From: Bugula neritina
Lineage: Eukaryota > Animalia > Bryozoa
Direction: 5' to 3'
Length of the DNA stretch: 64,000 nt
Assembly: GCA_964035545.1 (NCBI GenBank)
Contig: CAXIUT010000255.1
Coordinates: 1 to 64,000 of the forward strand
Shown here one piece after another: positions 37,375 through 51,500 of the stretch (position 1 is the first letter of the stretch; every line of letters begins with the position of its first letter). A model generated the notes under the pieces. That model made no database searches and had not been told where the DNA came from. It saw nothing but the letters and a program-made list of their open reading frames with translations. The translations under genes were made by a program, and so were the position numbers.

Positions 37375-39449
37375 ATGGAAGCAGACGACATCATGATAAA
37401 CATATCTAGACCGAGCAAAACTCAACCAGAAACCATCAATACTACTCAACAGCAGAAGAGAGACTATTATTCTGGCAGGTTCAAAAAGAAATAAAAAGGA
37501 TTCTAAGGAAAATCAGGACTAATATCGAGTGGAAAATAATAATATAAGTAAAAACCTATGAGTAGAAGAGTTGAGGAACGTAGTTCAACTAATAAATTCA
37601 AAAGACCAAGAAACTTTTAAAGATAAGATGCTGGTTTATAAAAGAATAATCTAAGAGGATAAAAAAGAGTGAAATAAAATAATGGACAACCTTATAAGAA
37701 AACAAGCTAAGTATAAATGATAACACCAAGTGAGTTAAAGTTATAAAATATTGAAGTAAATAAGGAAATCTAACTAACTTCTCTTGAAACAGTTAAACTT
37801 AATTCTTTTCTAAAAGGATCTCTTATCAGCAACAAGATAACAAATCTAACTAAAATTCAATCTAAATGTTTTGAAGATATTGTTAATGGTAAAAATGTGA
37901 TTGCTAAGGCTAACACTGGTAGTGGAAAGACTTTGGCTTATCTGATTCCTTTGATTCAGAACTATCTTTAAAATAAAGTTATTTAGAATAGAAATTCAGG
38001 GACTGTGATGTTAATTATCTGTCCTAATCGATAGCTTTGCATTCAAGGTCAAAACTAGGTGTTGAAGTGTTTGAAGAGGACTCCTTTTATTGTGCCTGGA
38101 TCATTGATAGGAGGAGAGCAGACGAACCATGAGAAGAATCGATTGAGAAAAGGAGTAAATATTCTTTTTTCAACTCCTGGAAGACTAATCTATCATATGA
38201 AGAATACGACTTGTTTCAAGATAAACAATTTGAAAACAATAGTCTTCTAATAAGCTGATCGTACACTGGACATGGGTTTTCAGCAGGACATCGATGTTAT
38301 TTTAGACTTCATGAAGGAGAAAATAGATGTGGATAGTGTCCAAAAGATCCTAATATCTGCTCATTTCAACTAAAGGGTGTAATCTTTGATCAGACATTTG
38401 AATTTAAATGACGCTAGATATATTGGTTTTGAGGGAGATAGAAACAAGTAAGAGTAAATAATTGGATTAGACGGATAAGAAGTTGAAATATAAAAGAAAT
38501 AAGGCAATTAGAAGTTAACTTGGTACAAAGAGATCAATATATCAAACAAATTGAATCAGAGGTATGTGTTGACTACATAATAATAAAAGCTTCCTTTTTT
38601 GATAGCATATTTGCAACTGGTGAAAGAATCGAAGGTGATGATATTTGTTAGTACGATAGATGAGGTGTAATATTTCCATTTTCTTTTAAATACTCTTCGA
38701 CACAAAAATGAGAATGGATAATTTAGCGAGCAGTTATTCAAGAGATAGGTTTTTAAGATTCACGGAAGTATGGTTCAGCAAGAAAGGACTCATAGTTATT
38801 TGCAATTTAAACAATAAAAAGTATATTTTCTCTATATTTAGAATGGTATATTGATAAGTACTGAAGTTGCGAGTCGAGGTCTTGATTTTCCAGATCTAAA
38901 TCATATTATTCTTTTTGATGTTCCTCCTACTTTAACTGATTATGGAAATCGAGTGGGAAGATCTGCTCGTTTCGATAGATCTGGAATGTCTCTATTGATG
39001 TTGAACTATCCCTAATCTGACTATGCTTAACAAATCAGATTTTACTGTCCATCTCTTGGCTTGCTCGAGAAGGAGGTTGTTTTTGAAGGATATTCTAAAT
39101 ATCTAGACCATCTTAATGTCAGAGAAGATAGTCTTTACTATATTTAAGGTCTGATAAGAAAGATATTGAAAGATGATCAGGATAAGTTTCAGATGGCTAA
39201 GAAAGCATATGTGTCTATGCTTAGAGCGTAAGTATGTGTTGATATAGGTATGCTAGGTTGAAGGATAAGCATATATTTGCGGTAAAGAAGTTAGATTTGA
39301 AACAGTTGAGTCGATCTTTTGGGTTGAATTCTAGTGCTAAATCTAAAACATTGACTTCAAAGACTAAAATATCAACACATATATAGAATCAACGTAAGAA
39401 AAGAAAAGTATAAAGTGTTAAATCTTTACAAGTATCAGAATATTTATGA
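37375..39449 (+). CDS. DDX31: DEAD-box RNA helicase Dbp7/DDX31
   Basis: TGSGKTLAYL, PNRELC, GGEQTNHEKNRLRKGVNILFSTPGRL, EEAD, SRGLDFP, NRVGRSAR. Confidence 0.88.
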
Positions 39450-39504
39450 TTATATGATTAAATGACTGTTTTGACTATTTTATTATATTTAAATTTAGTT
39501 CATT

Positions 39505-41111
39505 ATGAAGGTAGTTGTAAACAAAGTTTCTTCAAGAGGAGCATCACCTCAAGGTTCTCCCAACAAAACTTAAAAGACATCATCAACGACTGAACTCAAA
39601 CAGGCTTTGTAGAAAATAAAGCAGACTCAAGTTGACGTCTTGAGGGTATTGAGAAGTTAGGCCGATAGTTCGAATTTTACTCATGGCTAGCTCAAACAAA
39701 TGAGCGACAATATAGAGGTTGTTATTGGCTTATTCAGAGCATCACTAACGTTAATTTATTAAAGATAGCTGAAATAAATAAAATAAAAAATGAATTTCAG
39801 CATGAAAAAGAACAATATCAAAGATAATTAACCAATAAGGCTAAAAGAATCAATCGATTAGAGGAATAATTGGTTTACAAGAATAATATTGAAGAATAAC
39901 TTGGAAAAGAAAATAATAAACTAAAAGAGTAGATGAGAATTTTAGTTTAAGAGAAAAATATAAATAAAAGAAATGATAGTAAAAATAATGAGTACTTAAA
40001 AGAAGAATTGAATGAAAAGATATAAAGTTTAAACAGATACAAGAAACAGGTATTACATATGGAATAGCTACAAAATCATTTGCAGGAAAAACTAGGTAGA
40101 TAATAGAAGAGAACATCTGAGTATCGAAGTAATTATGAGAAAGCATAGAGGTAATCAAAAGAGTTAAAAAGATTATTATCTGAAATGTAAAAGTAAAAGA
40201 CCTAGAATGATATGAAATCAACAGAAAGATAGTATCAGATTCGTTTGGAAGGTTAAGAAGCTCTATCTTAGTCTATGACAAAGGCAGTTTCTAGTTTAAA
40301 GTTTTAAAATTCAAAACTTAAAGAAGATAAAGCTTTACTTCAGAACTATGCTAAAAATCTTTAAGAAAAAATAAAGGAACAGTTTTATTCACAAAATTTA
40401 AAAGAATAAAAAGGAAATACTGCTTATTGGAATTAGTTTATTAGCTATATGGAATCTTTAGAAAAGGAGAGGAATAAAGTCAACTAGTAGAAGCTGAAGA
40501 TATCTTAAATTATAGCTTCTTTCAGGTAAAATACTCAGAAGTCATAAGAGGGAAGAGTTAAACTGCTTCAAGATCAACTAGATTAGGTTCTAAGGATAAA
40601 TTTTATTCTAAGAAAAGAGAACGATGAACTAAAGATAACAGTAGACAAACTTAAAATGGATGTTTAGTGCAAAAAGATGTAGAAAAGATAGATCTAAAGC
40701 AAGTTGACTTCTCAAAAGCTATTAATATAAAAAGAATAAAAGATAAACTCAACTTTAAGCTAAGAGTTAAATAAGCACAAAAAGATGTGTGAATAGTATG
40801 AAAGGTAGAAATATTTATTTGAGTAGAAGTTGGGAGGATTAAAGTTGGTGATATAGAGCAATATGAATGATCACAGAACTGAAATAAAGCAGATGAATAT
40901 TGATGCTAGTTCTCATCGTCAGTAGACAGGTCGTCTTTTAATGTAGATTCGAGATTTAAACTAGCGAATTTATAAATTGAACATCGTTTAGAAGTAAAAT
41001 GACATGTTACGTAAAAATACAATCCATATGAACTCATCGATATCCCATCTTTGGCAGATAAAATAGGCAGAGTATGCCAATGTCAATATGATTCTTGATC
41101 AATATAAATGA
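39505..41111 (+). CDS. Coiled-coil protein
   Basis: Long E/K/Q-rich frame; no recognisable motif; introns possible. Confidence 0.6.
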
Positions 41112-41180
41112 TATTATTCTTCTTCATCTTTTATTATCATCATAATACTATTTCTATTGAATAAATGATATTAGTTATAA

Positions 41181-42878
41181 TCAATATTTCCAGAGAGTGA
41201 TGACTGTATCACTGCCTCCCATGCCAATCTACACGTCTGATAAAAAGGTCATAGTATTGATAGTATGCGAGTAGACATTGTTGTTTTATAGTCTTAGTAG
41301 AGGCTGTTGGAAGTTTCTGATATCGATGACCTTTATTATATTTTTATCGTTGAATATTATTGTATTTTAGTCGTATTTCAATATACTTTGAATGCTGTAT
41401 TCTATGGGATATTTTATCATTGCATTTTTTGTTTTACGGTAATCCCAAATTCTTAGCTATTTTAGTTATCCTCCTGATGCAAAAAATTACGGTCTTATTT
41501 ATGCTAAAGCATGTACTTATTTCTATTGGGTAAATACCTAGTCAAAACTACCTCGTATTACATCCCATATTCTTATGCTGCTATCAGCACCGCCTGATAT
41601 AACATTTGGTCCAAATTTGCATAGACAATGCACTTTGCCTGAGGATCCTTTGAGTGTGAGTCTTTAGGAAGCAAAGTTTTTTTACTGAGGGTCGTGGTTT
41701 AGTCCCCAGAGACGAATCGACCAATCATAGGAACAGGTTAAAAAATGATACTAGTCTACTTGTAAAATATCTTTGACTGCTGACTCGTGGGCATCCATTT
41801 CCTTGACTACTTATTTTTAGACATTGATCAACCCGAGTTGTCCATTGGATTTACCAAAGATGAGTATTTATGGGTCTTCTTGTCCTTGTTCCTGGAAGGT
41901 GGACAGGGCGTAGGAGGGGAAGTCTAAAGGATATGATTTTTACGGGTTCATGGACACTCTGGTCCAAATGTTAATGCTTCTCCCGCCGGAAGTGGCAAAA
42001 ATATGATTGTTATATCTGATTAGTTTTTATATGTTTTGAAAAGGCTAGTAGATAATTTTAGGATACAGCATTAGTGCTTTCATGTCTGATCCTATGACTG
42101 AGAGTATGCTTTGTTGATCGTCTCTGCTTTACTTGGTTCCTGGCTGTTTGAAGGATGTGATTTTCGGTTGGTTATCGTACCTTTATATGAGTTATTTGAA
42201 GGTATCGTGGGGACAGAACTAGTATTTGGGGAAGTCGTATCGTCTTTTGTAGAACCAGCCGAGTATGATTTAATTTTATTTTTTGTGGTGATTGATTTAT
42301 TTTTTAAGTTTGTCTAAATTTCTATTGAACCTAAAAAGCAACTCTTCAGAGTAGAGGAAGTTGACTGACTGATCGACGTGGGGATGTTAGGTCCATAGTC
42401 CATTTTTGAAGTGTTAAATGAGTTGTACATATTATTTTTATGAATCTAGGTGTTTTTGAGCTTACTGATTGTATTTTTACCAGTATTTTAGAATCTCATT
42501 TTCCAGTTAGTCCAGACAAGACGATATGGTGTGATTTACTTTTTCTATGTATAATTAGAAGTTTATTTTTTATTACTAGATTTTGTTTTTGAGGTATACT
42601 CTTTACTAGTTGAATTGGGTGGTTATTTTTTATTTGTAGAGGGATAGTTTGAGACTTTTTACGTTAGTTTTGGTGTAATCTTTTAGGTGGATTAGTTTAT
42701 TAGTGACTTATTGTTTTACTTTCGACACTATCTTCTATTTGCATTTGTTGTCTAAATAAAACTTATGGTCGTGCTTGCTTATACATAACTAACAGCCTAT
42801 CCGTTTGTTGCAGTATTCGCCCAAACAAACTATCTATTACAAAAGATTGTGGACTGGACACTTAAGAATGTCGTTCAT
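41181..42878 (-). CDS. N-terminal Cys/His (B-box-like) region, coiled coil and WD40 repeats
   Basis: CPVH..C...C...C..C..HDH at the N-terminus; AHESAVKDI, TCSYDWSIRLW, SGGADSSIRIWD. Confidence 0.75.
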
Positions 42879-42951
42879 ATAGCTATATTAATTATATCAA
42901 TATATCATATCATGTGATATCAACATTATATATGATAGTAAATGATGATAA

Positions 42952-43020
42952 GGGGTTGGGGTTGGGGTTGGGGTTGGGGTTGGGGTTGGGGTTGGGGTTG
43001 GGGTTGGGGTTGGGGTTGGG
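42952..43020. repeat. Internal telomeric array (GGGGTT)n
   Basis: Perfect units in the gap between the WD40 and TTLL genes. Confidence 0.95.
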
Positions 43021-43085
43021 ATAATATCAGCTATAATATAAGATACAATATCAGTTATAGTATCAGCTATAATATCAGCTATAAC
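43021..43085. repeat. 12-bp minisatellite ATAATATCAGCT, ~5 copies
   Basis: Directly abuts the telomeric array. Confidence 0.75.
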
Positions 43086-43098
43086 TATAAATAACAGT

Positions 43099-45276
43099 TC
43101 ATTCTTAATAGAAAAGTTAGAATTTGAGTGCGGCCAGTGAATCTGGAGGAAGTCTATGTTGCTATCGAGCAGGATAGTGATTATTGGGCGGAAGCAGTGG
43201 ATCAACACAAAACCGGATGGTTTGTTCTATTAGTCCGGGAATGACTCTATCAAGTACGTGTGAGTTATTTTCGAAGCAAGGGTTGTTATTGATTTAAAGG
43301 AGCCAGACTCCGAAATCTTAATCTAGTATAAAATCCAAGCCAAAGAGTTCGAAATTGCAAGCTTTTCTCTCTGGGTCTATTTGTCCTTTGACTGATTTCA
43401 AGACAGACAAAGCGATTTCTTTCATTTTGGGCACTATTCTTTCATAGATAGAATACTCACCATGTTATAAATTTAAATATTTTTGAAGGTCCCCGTATGA
43501 TAGCTTATTCCCTGGCTAGTATTTGCTATACTCTTATGATTCGATTTGAATGCGTCGTTGGTCAGGTGGATGTATTTGTTGCTTAGCCAGGCGTGCTGTT
43601 GCTCGTTGAATTGGTTTTTGAATTTCTTTGCTAAAGGGTTTCTGCAAGTTATCTTTGTTACAAAGTTGTATTTCAGGCTGCTCGTGCGAATATAGCCCTA
43701 CCTGTACCAAAAAGCTTTGAGGGAGCCGTTGATGCAGGTCAGAAGCATGTAGTGTCTGATATCGAATTTTCTATTGTGATAGAGTAGAGGATTTTATAGA
43801 TATGATTGTACTATAAAAGTCCATTTCTAGTGGTTATCTTACCATCTTTATTTTAGCCTTTTGAGAACTTTGCCTCCAGGTAGTATCTCTATCCCTTCTG
43901 CTCTACAACTTCTCTCTCCTGGCTTTATGATCCATAGCTTTTTTGGATCGACTTCTACGACGTGTTTGAAGAAATCTACTTGATTGCCTTATAGATTTTA
44001 GAAATGGAAACTTCTGGGAATGATGTTGAAGGGATTTTCGTCAATTACGTCTTAATAATAGGTTTGTATATTTTTAAGTAGATGTTTTTTGGTTGTGAAG
44101 GATTGAGTTCCTTGGATGTGGTTGGTTATTAACTAGAAGTGAAAAGGTTTTGCAAATATGGTATGATCTTAGGGTGTGAGTAATTGTTACACTGTTGATG
44201 ACTGTTATTCTGTCATTATTTTGCAATTTAGTTTGTGTCGATTGGATGTGAGTTCTTTTCTGAATTAAAATATTTTTGAACAGACCAAAGATTACCTGTC
44301 CATCTTTATCTACTATTTTTTGTTATTTTTATTTTTATCTTTTGATATTGATTTTTGTAGTTAGAAGAGATGTTGATTTTCGAGCTGGGTCCAATAGAGT
44401 TGACAACTTTATTTATCAGAAACAACTTATAGCCAGAATCGTCTTCTTAATAATTATTTTATCAATTAGTGATTATTACCTCTACCAACATATACTCTAT
44501 ACTTTTTGATTGGTGTTTAAACTGGCAATAAGCTCAAATCGATATATAGTCCATTAGAATAATTTACCTTATAAAGGTAATCTAAAAATATCTTCAATTT
44601 TATCTTATAATCTCCCTAGTAATCGACAGGATTAAAACTCATCACACGATGATGCTATCTCTTGCGGGCAGACACTATTGATCTGTTTGAATTATTTACA
44701 TTTGTTCTTGTTGTTTTGGCGCTGTGAATTCTTTTTGGAGTTAGCCTGTTGTCCAGGTCGTAGGCTGTAGAGGGTCGTTTTGATGGTTGTTAGGCTCTTT
44801 TTCCGACTAGACCTTAACATGTTAGATAGTTAAAAATCTTTTATTTTGGGTGGACTTTATCTGCCTGAATATACTACTGTTGCTCTTCTTTTATCTCTTA
44901 CATTGTGAGCGCTTTGTGATCTTTTGAAAGTTTTTTCTTTTATGTTTTTTATTTTTATTTTTATTTTTGATTTATCTTTTTATATTTTACATGGCGACCC
45001 AATAAGACTGATTTTTCCATTATTTTAAGTAGATAGCCATTCCTAGACAAGTTATTATTTTGATGGAGTATGCAGATGATGATATCGAATAGCTGATGGT
45101 TCTATATGAGCTTATTGTAAATATTTAGAATATTGTGAAGTAGTTTTGATGGCTTTACCTTTATCTTTTATTACTAGTTATAATCTACAAGCTGGTTGTT
45201 TGATTTTCATCTTGATCTTTATCTATCTATTTTATATGTTAAAATTATCAAATTATTTATATTCTATGTTATTCAT
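43099..45276 (-). CDS. Tubulin-tyrosine ligase-like (TTLL) protein
   Basis: WIIKPG, IVQSYLENPLLY..KFDIRHY, IHLTND, FELFGLDFILD..WLLEINNNP; start uncertain. Confidence 0.85.
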
Positions 45277-45294
45277 ATTGATGATTATCTATGC

Positions 45295-47246
45295 TCATAT
45301 CACTTTTGCACTTAGTATTTTTACGTTTATAAGTGGTTTTTAGGATTTATCGGTCTTTAGTTTGTTTATTTCGCAAGCTGTCTCGATCCCTTTGATTACT
45401 CGGCCGAAAATTGTGTGTTTGTTGTCTAGCCATGGACAGGCAATCACTGTTATAAAGAATTGAGAGCCATTGGTGTTGTGACCTCGATTGGCCATGGCAA
45501 GGACATATGGACGGTCAAATCGGTATCTTTATGGCCTGAGTTAGTCTTCAAAAGTGCCTCCCCAAATAGACTATCCTCCTGTTCCATCTCCTCTCGGGCA
45601 ACCACTCTGGATCATGAAGCCTTTGACTGATCGATGGAAGATCATTCCATTGTAGTATCCTTTTTTGGTCAGTTTTATGAAGTTTTAACATGTTTTTGGA
45701 CAGTCTTATAGGTAAAGTAGAACATGTATGTCTCCCATAGTTGTTTGAAGGACTACTTAATTTTGTTTTTAGATGATTTTAGGTTGAGTAACAGTCAATG
45801 ACTATTCTTTTGTATGTTTTTAGTTGATGATATCTCTGACTACGACAACTTCTGACTCGAGCTAGGGTGTTCTTCTGGAGAAGAGATAGAATCTTCCTCT
45901 TCTGAAGGCTGTGGCTATTATGAGAGGATCAGAAGCTTTTCTTTATCCATGTATGTTGGCATTTCCATTGGGATTTCTCATTTGTTTACCTTGGTAGACA
46001 CAAACTCGAACAAATCTTTCAGTTTATTTTTTACCAATAACTCTTTATATACATTTATTAAAAGTGAATATATTTTAATTCCATGAAATGAGCTATAAAT
46101 AACTAATCTTTATGATTAATCGGGGTTGGGGTTGGGGTTGGGGTTGGGGTTGGGGTTGGGGTTGGGGTTGGGGTTGGGGTTGGGTTTTCTTTTAGTATTC
46201 ATGTTCGTCTAAACTGAACATGGCGTGTTAAGGATGGGAGCTATCTTATTGAATCTTTATCGTTTATTTTATGTTTTATGATATTTCGTGTAGTAATTTA
46301 CCTGTTTTTAAGCTGAATATTCTTATTATTTTATCTTTTAGAAGTACTGCTAGATAGTTTCCTGAAGGACTTATGTTTAATGACAAAGGGATGCTATTGG
46401 CTTTAAGCAATTTGAGAAAATCTGTTTATATTTTGCATTTGTAGGCTAGATGGGTTGGAAAGTCAAATGTATTTGGATTCCATACTTCAATAAAGGCTCT
46501 TTAATCTATTGATATACAAATATTCAAATTCCAATTCATTTTGATAAATCTAATGGGATGCTTATGGAAAGATACCATATTTATTACATGAGTATCTTAT
46601 TTTTTAGTATCAATTTATTCTTTTTCATCGAGTTGGTTGCCTATTATCTCCTAATCATCTTATATCTCTTCAGTAGGAGAAGATTAAGGATCAATTATCC
46701 ATATTTTACCTGTCTTCTCTTAACTTATCGCTATTAAAGACCAATCTTTTGATTATTGAGATATAAATTAACAACAACTAGGAACAAAATTCAACTTTAG
46801 CGATAGTTTTAGGTCGCAGTTGAGAATATCAAATATTTTTAAGGTTTTATCCAATCCTACAGTACAAAGTAAATCATGATTTTTAGATAAAGAAGAGCCA
46901 GTGATAAGACCGCTATGAGCTTTAAAATTTTTAGTAAATTATACAAGGTTGAATACTTTTTTCCAGAACTTGATATGTCCATCAACGCTGAAAGTGATCA
47001 GCACATCTGTTTTAGAGGAACAAATGACGTTGTTGATAGTTTATCTGTGCATTAAACTGATTTAGTAGAGATCTGAGGAGGGAAGTCCATCCAAAAGAAG
47101 TTCTTGGTAGTCCACTTGATAGCATTAAATATACTTTTTTGGAGTTTACGAGTATCAGGTCCAATGATTTATTCTTCTTATGTTTGAAGAGGTCTTTTTT
47201 TAGACTATGGGTCATTTGGTACCTCTTTCTCTTATTATTTTTGCAT
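45295..47246 (-). CDS. PPWD1: WD40 plus cyclophilin protein, interrupted by telomeric repeats
   Basis: [70 protein letters not shown]. Confidence 0.9.
46122..46186. repeat. Internal telomeric array (GGGGTT)n inside PPWD1
   Basis: ~11 units with PPWD1 coding sequence on both sides. Confidence 0.95.
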
Positions 47247-47313
47247 TAAATAATTACTATCTAAATGATATGAACTAATTGTTTAATATTTAACTTATTT
47301 ATAAAACAAAATA

Positions 47314-48477
47314 TCACTTTTATTACTTGTCTTAACTATTTATCTTTTAATGAGATAGTTTTTAATTTTATTTATATTTTTTTTATGGAATTTTGAATTT
47401 TATTTTGATGTTTTTCTTTTACTTCAATTTATTTTAATCAATAGCACTATTAACTCTCATATATTCCTATCCAATTTGTCTCTTGCTACTAGTTATTCTA
47501 TAATATTCTAAATAATATCACAAATACCTTACTGCATGAGTTGATAATAATATTAGTAATTAGGTCTGCTTTAAAATTACATCTCTTGAATTGAATCCTT
47601 TATTTTTAAGAGACATAATGGTAATTTATCACCTTATTTTATCAAATTTGATATATTAGTTGATGATTTTATTTTGCCTATTTTCTAATAGGACGTTTCT
47701 TTTGATTACTGGGTCTAGTTATCTGGGACATCTTTGCGTAGGACTTGGCTTTCCCATGGTAGCTTTTTCACTAAATAGATTATCATATATATCCAGGACT
47801 AGAGATCATCTCTTCTGGATAGTTATAGTCCTTCGTGCATATGGTTGCTGCAAAAGATGGGAGTTCCTACCATTTTTTTATTATTTTTGAGGTTGATGTG
47901 ATGATTATCTTTTTTTAGATATTGTTTGCAAAGACCAAGATCAATCATGTATATTTTAGCCCTTTTGTTATCTAGTTACTATTGTTTCATCATGAAGTTA
48001 CTTGGTTTTACATCTCTGTAGACATAGCCTATTTGATGTAGTTGTTATATGCACTTTAAGGTGTTGAACATCAAGAGCAGAAGGACATCTTTGGGTATTT
48101 TATTTGATAATCTAGCATTGCATAGATCCTCAGTTAATAGAGAGATACTTGTAAGGTGAAGTCTAATTTTTACATTACCATAAATGAAAAATATTATTTT
48201 TAGCAATACTAGTAAACTTTTGGAAAGGCAAATCCAACAAAATTTATTTTTTATTTTAGGTTATTTGTTATATTTTATTGTGCTAGGGATTTGAAGAGAG
48301 AATATTCGAGTGAGATCATTGGTTTTACTGTGGTGATATTTTACTAAATTATTTTAAGGTTACTGTTTTGATTGCATAGATTTGATTGCTATTTTATGTC
48401 ATGAAAATTTTTCCAAATGAGCCTTAACCTATTTTTTATTTTATTTTATATGTGCCGATGTATTCTTCTTACTCCAT
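47314..48477 (-). CDS. Casein kinase 1-like kinase
   Basis: IGEGSFGKIF, YRDVKPSNF, IDLGLCK, FVGTP, SRRDDLESW; 3' end approximate. Confidence 0.85.
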
Positions 48478-48582
48478 TTTATATAGTTAAAAATATATAT
48501 AGAATAACATTCAAATTAAAGATGATTAATATCAATAAATAAGTGATAAAAATATATTAAATGCATTGTGATAGTTGATCAT

Positions 48583-51500
48583 TCATTGTACTAAGTCTGG
48601 TCTGCGATTTATGCGAATTTGTTGAAGATTTGTTCGACTGAAGCCTGCTTAATAGTATACTGTTGAATTCCGAAAGATTCTTTTTCTTTCTAGAAGAACG
48701 AGAACATCTTCCCGATATTAGGCTTTCCTCTTATCTTTAGTCGAATAAAAGTCTGTAGTCTCTATAACTCTTCAACATCGCCACCTAGTAGTTTCTTCAA
48801 CTCGTCTGTTACCTTTCTTAGCATTGCACAAATATGCAGATACTCAACTACGGTGTAGACTTAGATTTATTTTCTTGCCTTAAGAGTGAAGTAGATGTAA
48901 TTGCCTGCTCCTTTCTCAGAAATGCCTAACCTATCTTCAGGCTAAGCTTTGTAGGTTTAAAGGAAGTTATCAAGCTGTGAGTCTTTTATGATCTGAGGCT
49001 CTATCCTTCTGGCTCTCATTATCTAAAGTAGATTCCTTTTCTAAGGGTTTTTCAGTTTTAGTTAGACTTCAAGACCTTCTCCATACTTGTTCTTTATGTG
49101 TTGAGCAGTGCCAATACACTGGAAATTGCCTTTTACCATGATACCTAGTCTTGAAGAAAGAGCTTCAGCTTACTACATTGAGTGAGTGGTTAGAACAACT
49201 GTTGCATCTTTATTCTGAGTGGCTACTCTAGCTATAACTCTCCACATAAAGCGTCTTGCTCGAGGATCCATTCCTGTGGATGGTTCATCAAGAAAGACTA
49301 TCCGAGGATTGCCAATCATAGCCATAGCTACTGACAGTTTACGTTTGTTTCCTCCTGATAAAGTGCCTGATAGCTTGTCAGCGTATTAAGTCAAATCGAG
49401 TTCTTCTATTTTCCTGTTGATAGCGGCTTAACTGTTCTCTTGAGATAGAGATTTCAAGTCATAGAAGAGTTCTAGTTGTTATTTGACTGTCAGATTTTCA
49501 ATTAAGGCATCGAATTGAGGACAATAGCCTAAGTCTTATCGAACTAGGTCGATGTTATCACTGATTCTCAACCCTTTGAAGTAGCTTTAGCCTGCAGTCG
49601 ATGAAACTTAGCCTGCTAGCATCTTGAAAGTAGTTGTTTTGCCTGCTCCATTGATGCCAAGTAAACCAAAAACTTATCCTCTTTTGACTCCAAAGGAAAG
49701 ATTATCAACAGCTACTTTGTGCTTTTTAGGTCCATCAACCAGATATACTTTTCTGAGTTCTTTCGATAAAATTTAGTAGTCAGAAGGATTGGCAGCAATA
49801 GCTGTTTAGTTTTATCTTTTTACATCCTATTCTGCAATAACTTCTGTATCTGTAATTTATGCCTCAGAACGAGAGAGACATCTCATGCAAGACTATGTAT
49901 TTTGTAGCTTTTAGATCACAAGAAGAAGAATAAAGAATAGTACACTTTGTATCGCTAGGAATAATATAGGCGCCAATGCTATTTCAGTGTCAAATGTTTA
50001 CATTGTTTTTCCGTTATTTTAATTTTGACCATATATATTAACACTTCCAGTGTTAATGATTCCTTATCCGAAAGCAAAAGAAGGGTAGATTCGGAAGATC
50101 CAAGAAAGAGCTCTTCCGACTGAGTTTGAACTTTAGATAACTCTGAGGACGAAAGTGAAGATAGGTAATAGTCCTCCAAGAGTAAAAGTGATAAAATAGT
50201 AGGCTGCTTGTGCATTTCCATAGTCTTTGTAAATAAAAGCTGCCATATATGTGAAAGAAATATAAGATAGTCCATAAAAAATAAAGAGAAGCCAAGTCGC
50301 TGCAAAGGCTGATCCTTCTGTAATAGATTATATGGCCATAGCTTTTGCTATTCCAATGCCAATAGATGCTACTATGAAATAAAGGACAAAATCATAGATG
50401 AAGTTTGCTGTCCAGTAAGCAGAAATGCTCATTCCACTAACTATTTGTTGATGTTTCGACCTATCTTATCTTTCTTTGACTATGAAAGATATGATGGAAG
50501 CAAACTTGAAAGCCAAAGCAATTGAGAAGATGAAAGAAGCAAAGAATCCTGAGATAGCGTTATTAATCTGTAGTTGTTGGAATGTTCTTGGCATTGGATG
50601 GTTTGATACTGAGATTGTTACTGATCTGCCAAGATTTTGATTTAAAATAGTTTAAGATGCTAGACTACCTAAGAAAAATGGACTTGTAGGACTACGAGTA
50701 TGGACTAGAGTATTGTACTGATAGATAGTGTTTGCCCCACTTGTAGTTGTTGCATCAGCAAAGAAGACACCTCCTTTGAGAGTCGATTGAGCTTGTTTTT
50801 TTGGGAAAAGAAAGTTCTTATCGAAAGTAGCTGCAGTTGTATCAGTAGTGTCAGCCTGTACTGATATTTTAGATCCATATTTTCCATTGAGATATGTTTC
50901 TATATTGGTTGCTCTACTAGAAACATCTGCTCCGATAGGTACTACTACTGGATTTTGTTAACCTAGATAAGTGTCCAAGTCCATTGTTTGTTACGGGTAA
51001 TCTACAATAAATGATACTCTAAGTAAGAAAAGAGCAAGAAGAATGATGATAAAGGGTAAAACAAGTTCAAAGATAAAGCTTTTGATGTCTCTTAAAATTA
51101 CTCTTAGTCTTTTCAAGAAAGTGGCTTTGAAATGAATCCAGAATTTTAAAAGACAGCCTTCTTATCTTGGTATCCGATCAAAATCAACTATTGTTGCTTA
51201 ACTGTCGATCATCTTCTCATTTGAATATTCCTATTTTTTATTTGATATTAATTGGTTTTATTTGAGTTTCATTGGACTTCCTTGCCTTCTTGGACTTGAT
51301 TACTTGCTTTTGACTTAAATGATTTAATTTTCAATGAGTTAGTTAGCCTTTTAATGTTTTTCTTTTCTATTTTGTTCTACTTAAGCTCCTACATTCAGAA
51401 AAACTTCTTCAAGTGTTGTTATACTGATGCCATATTCAAGGTATCTTAGAGTGTTTTTTTTATCATCAAGTTATGCGAACATGTTCGGGAAGTGAGATAC

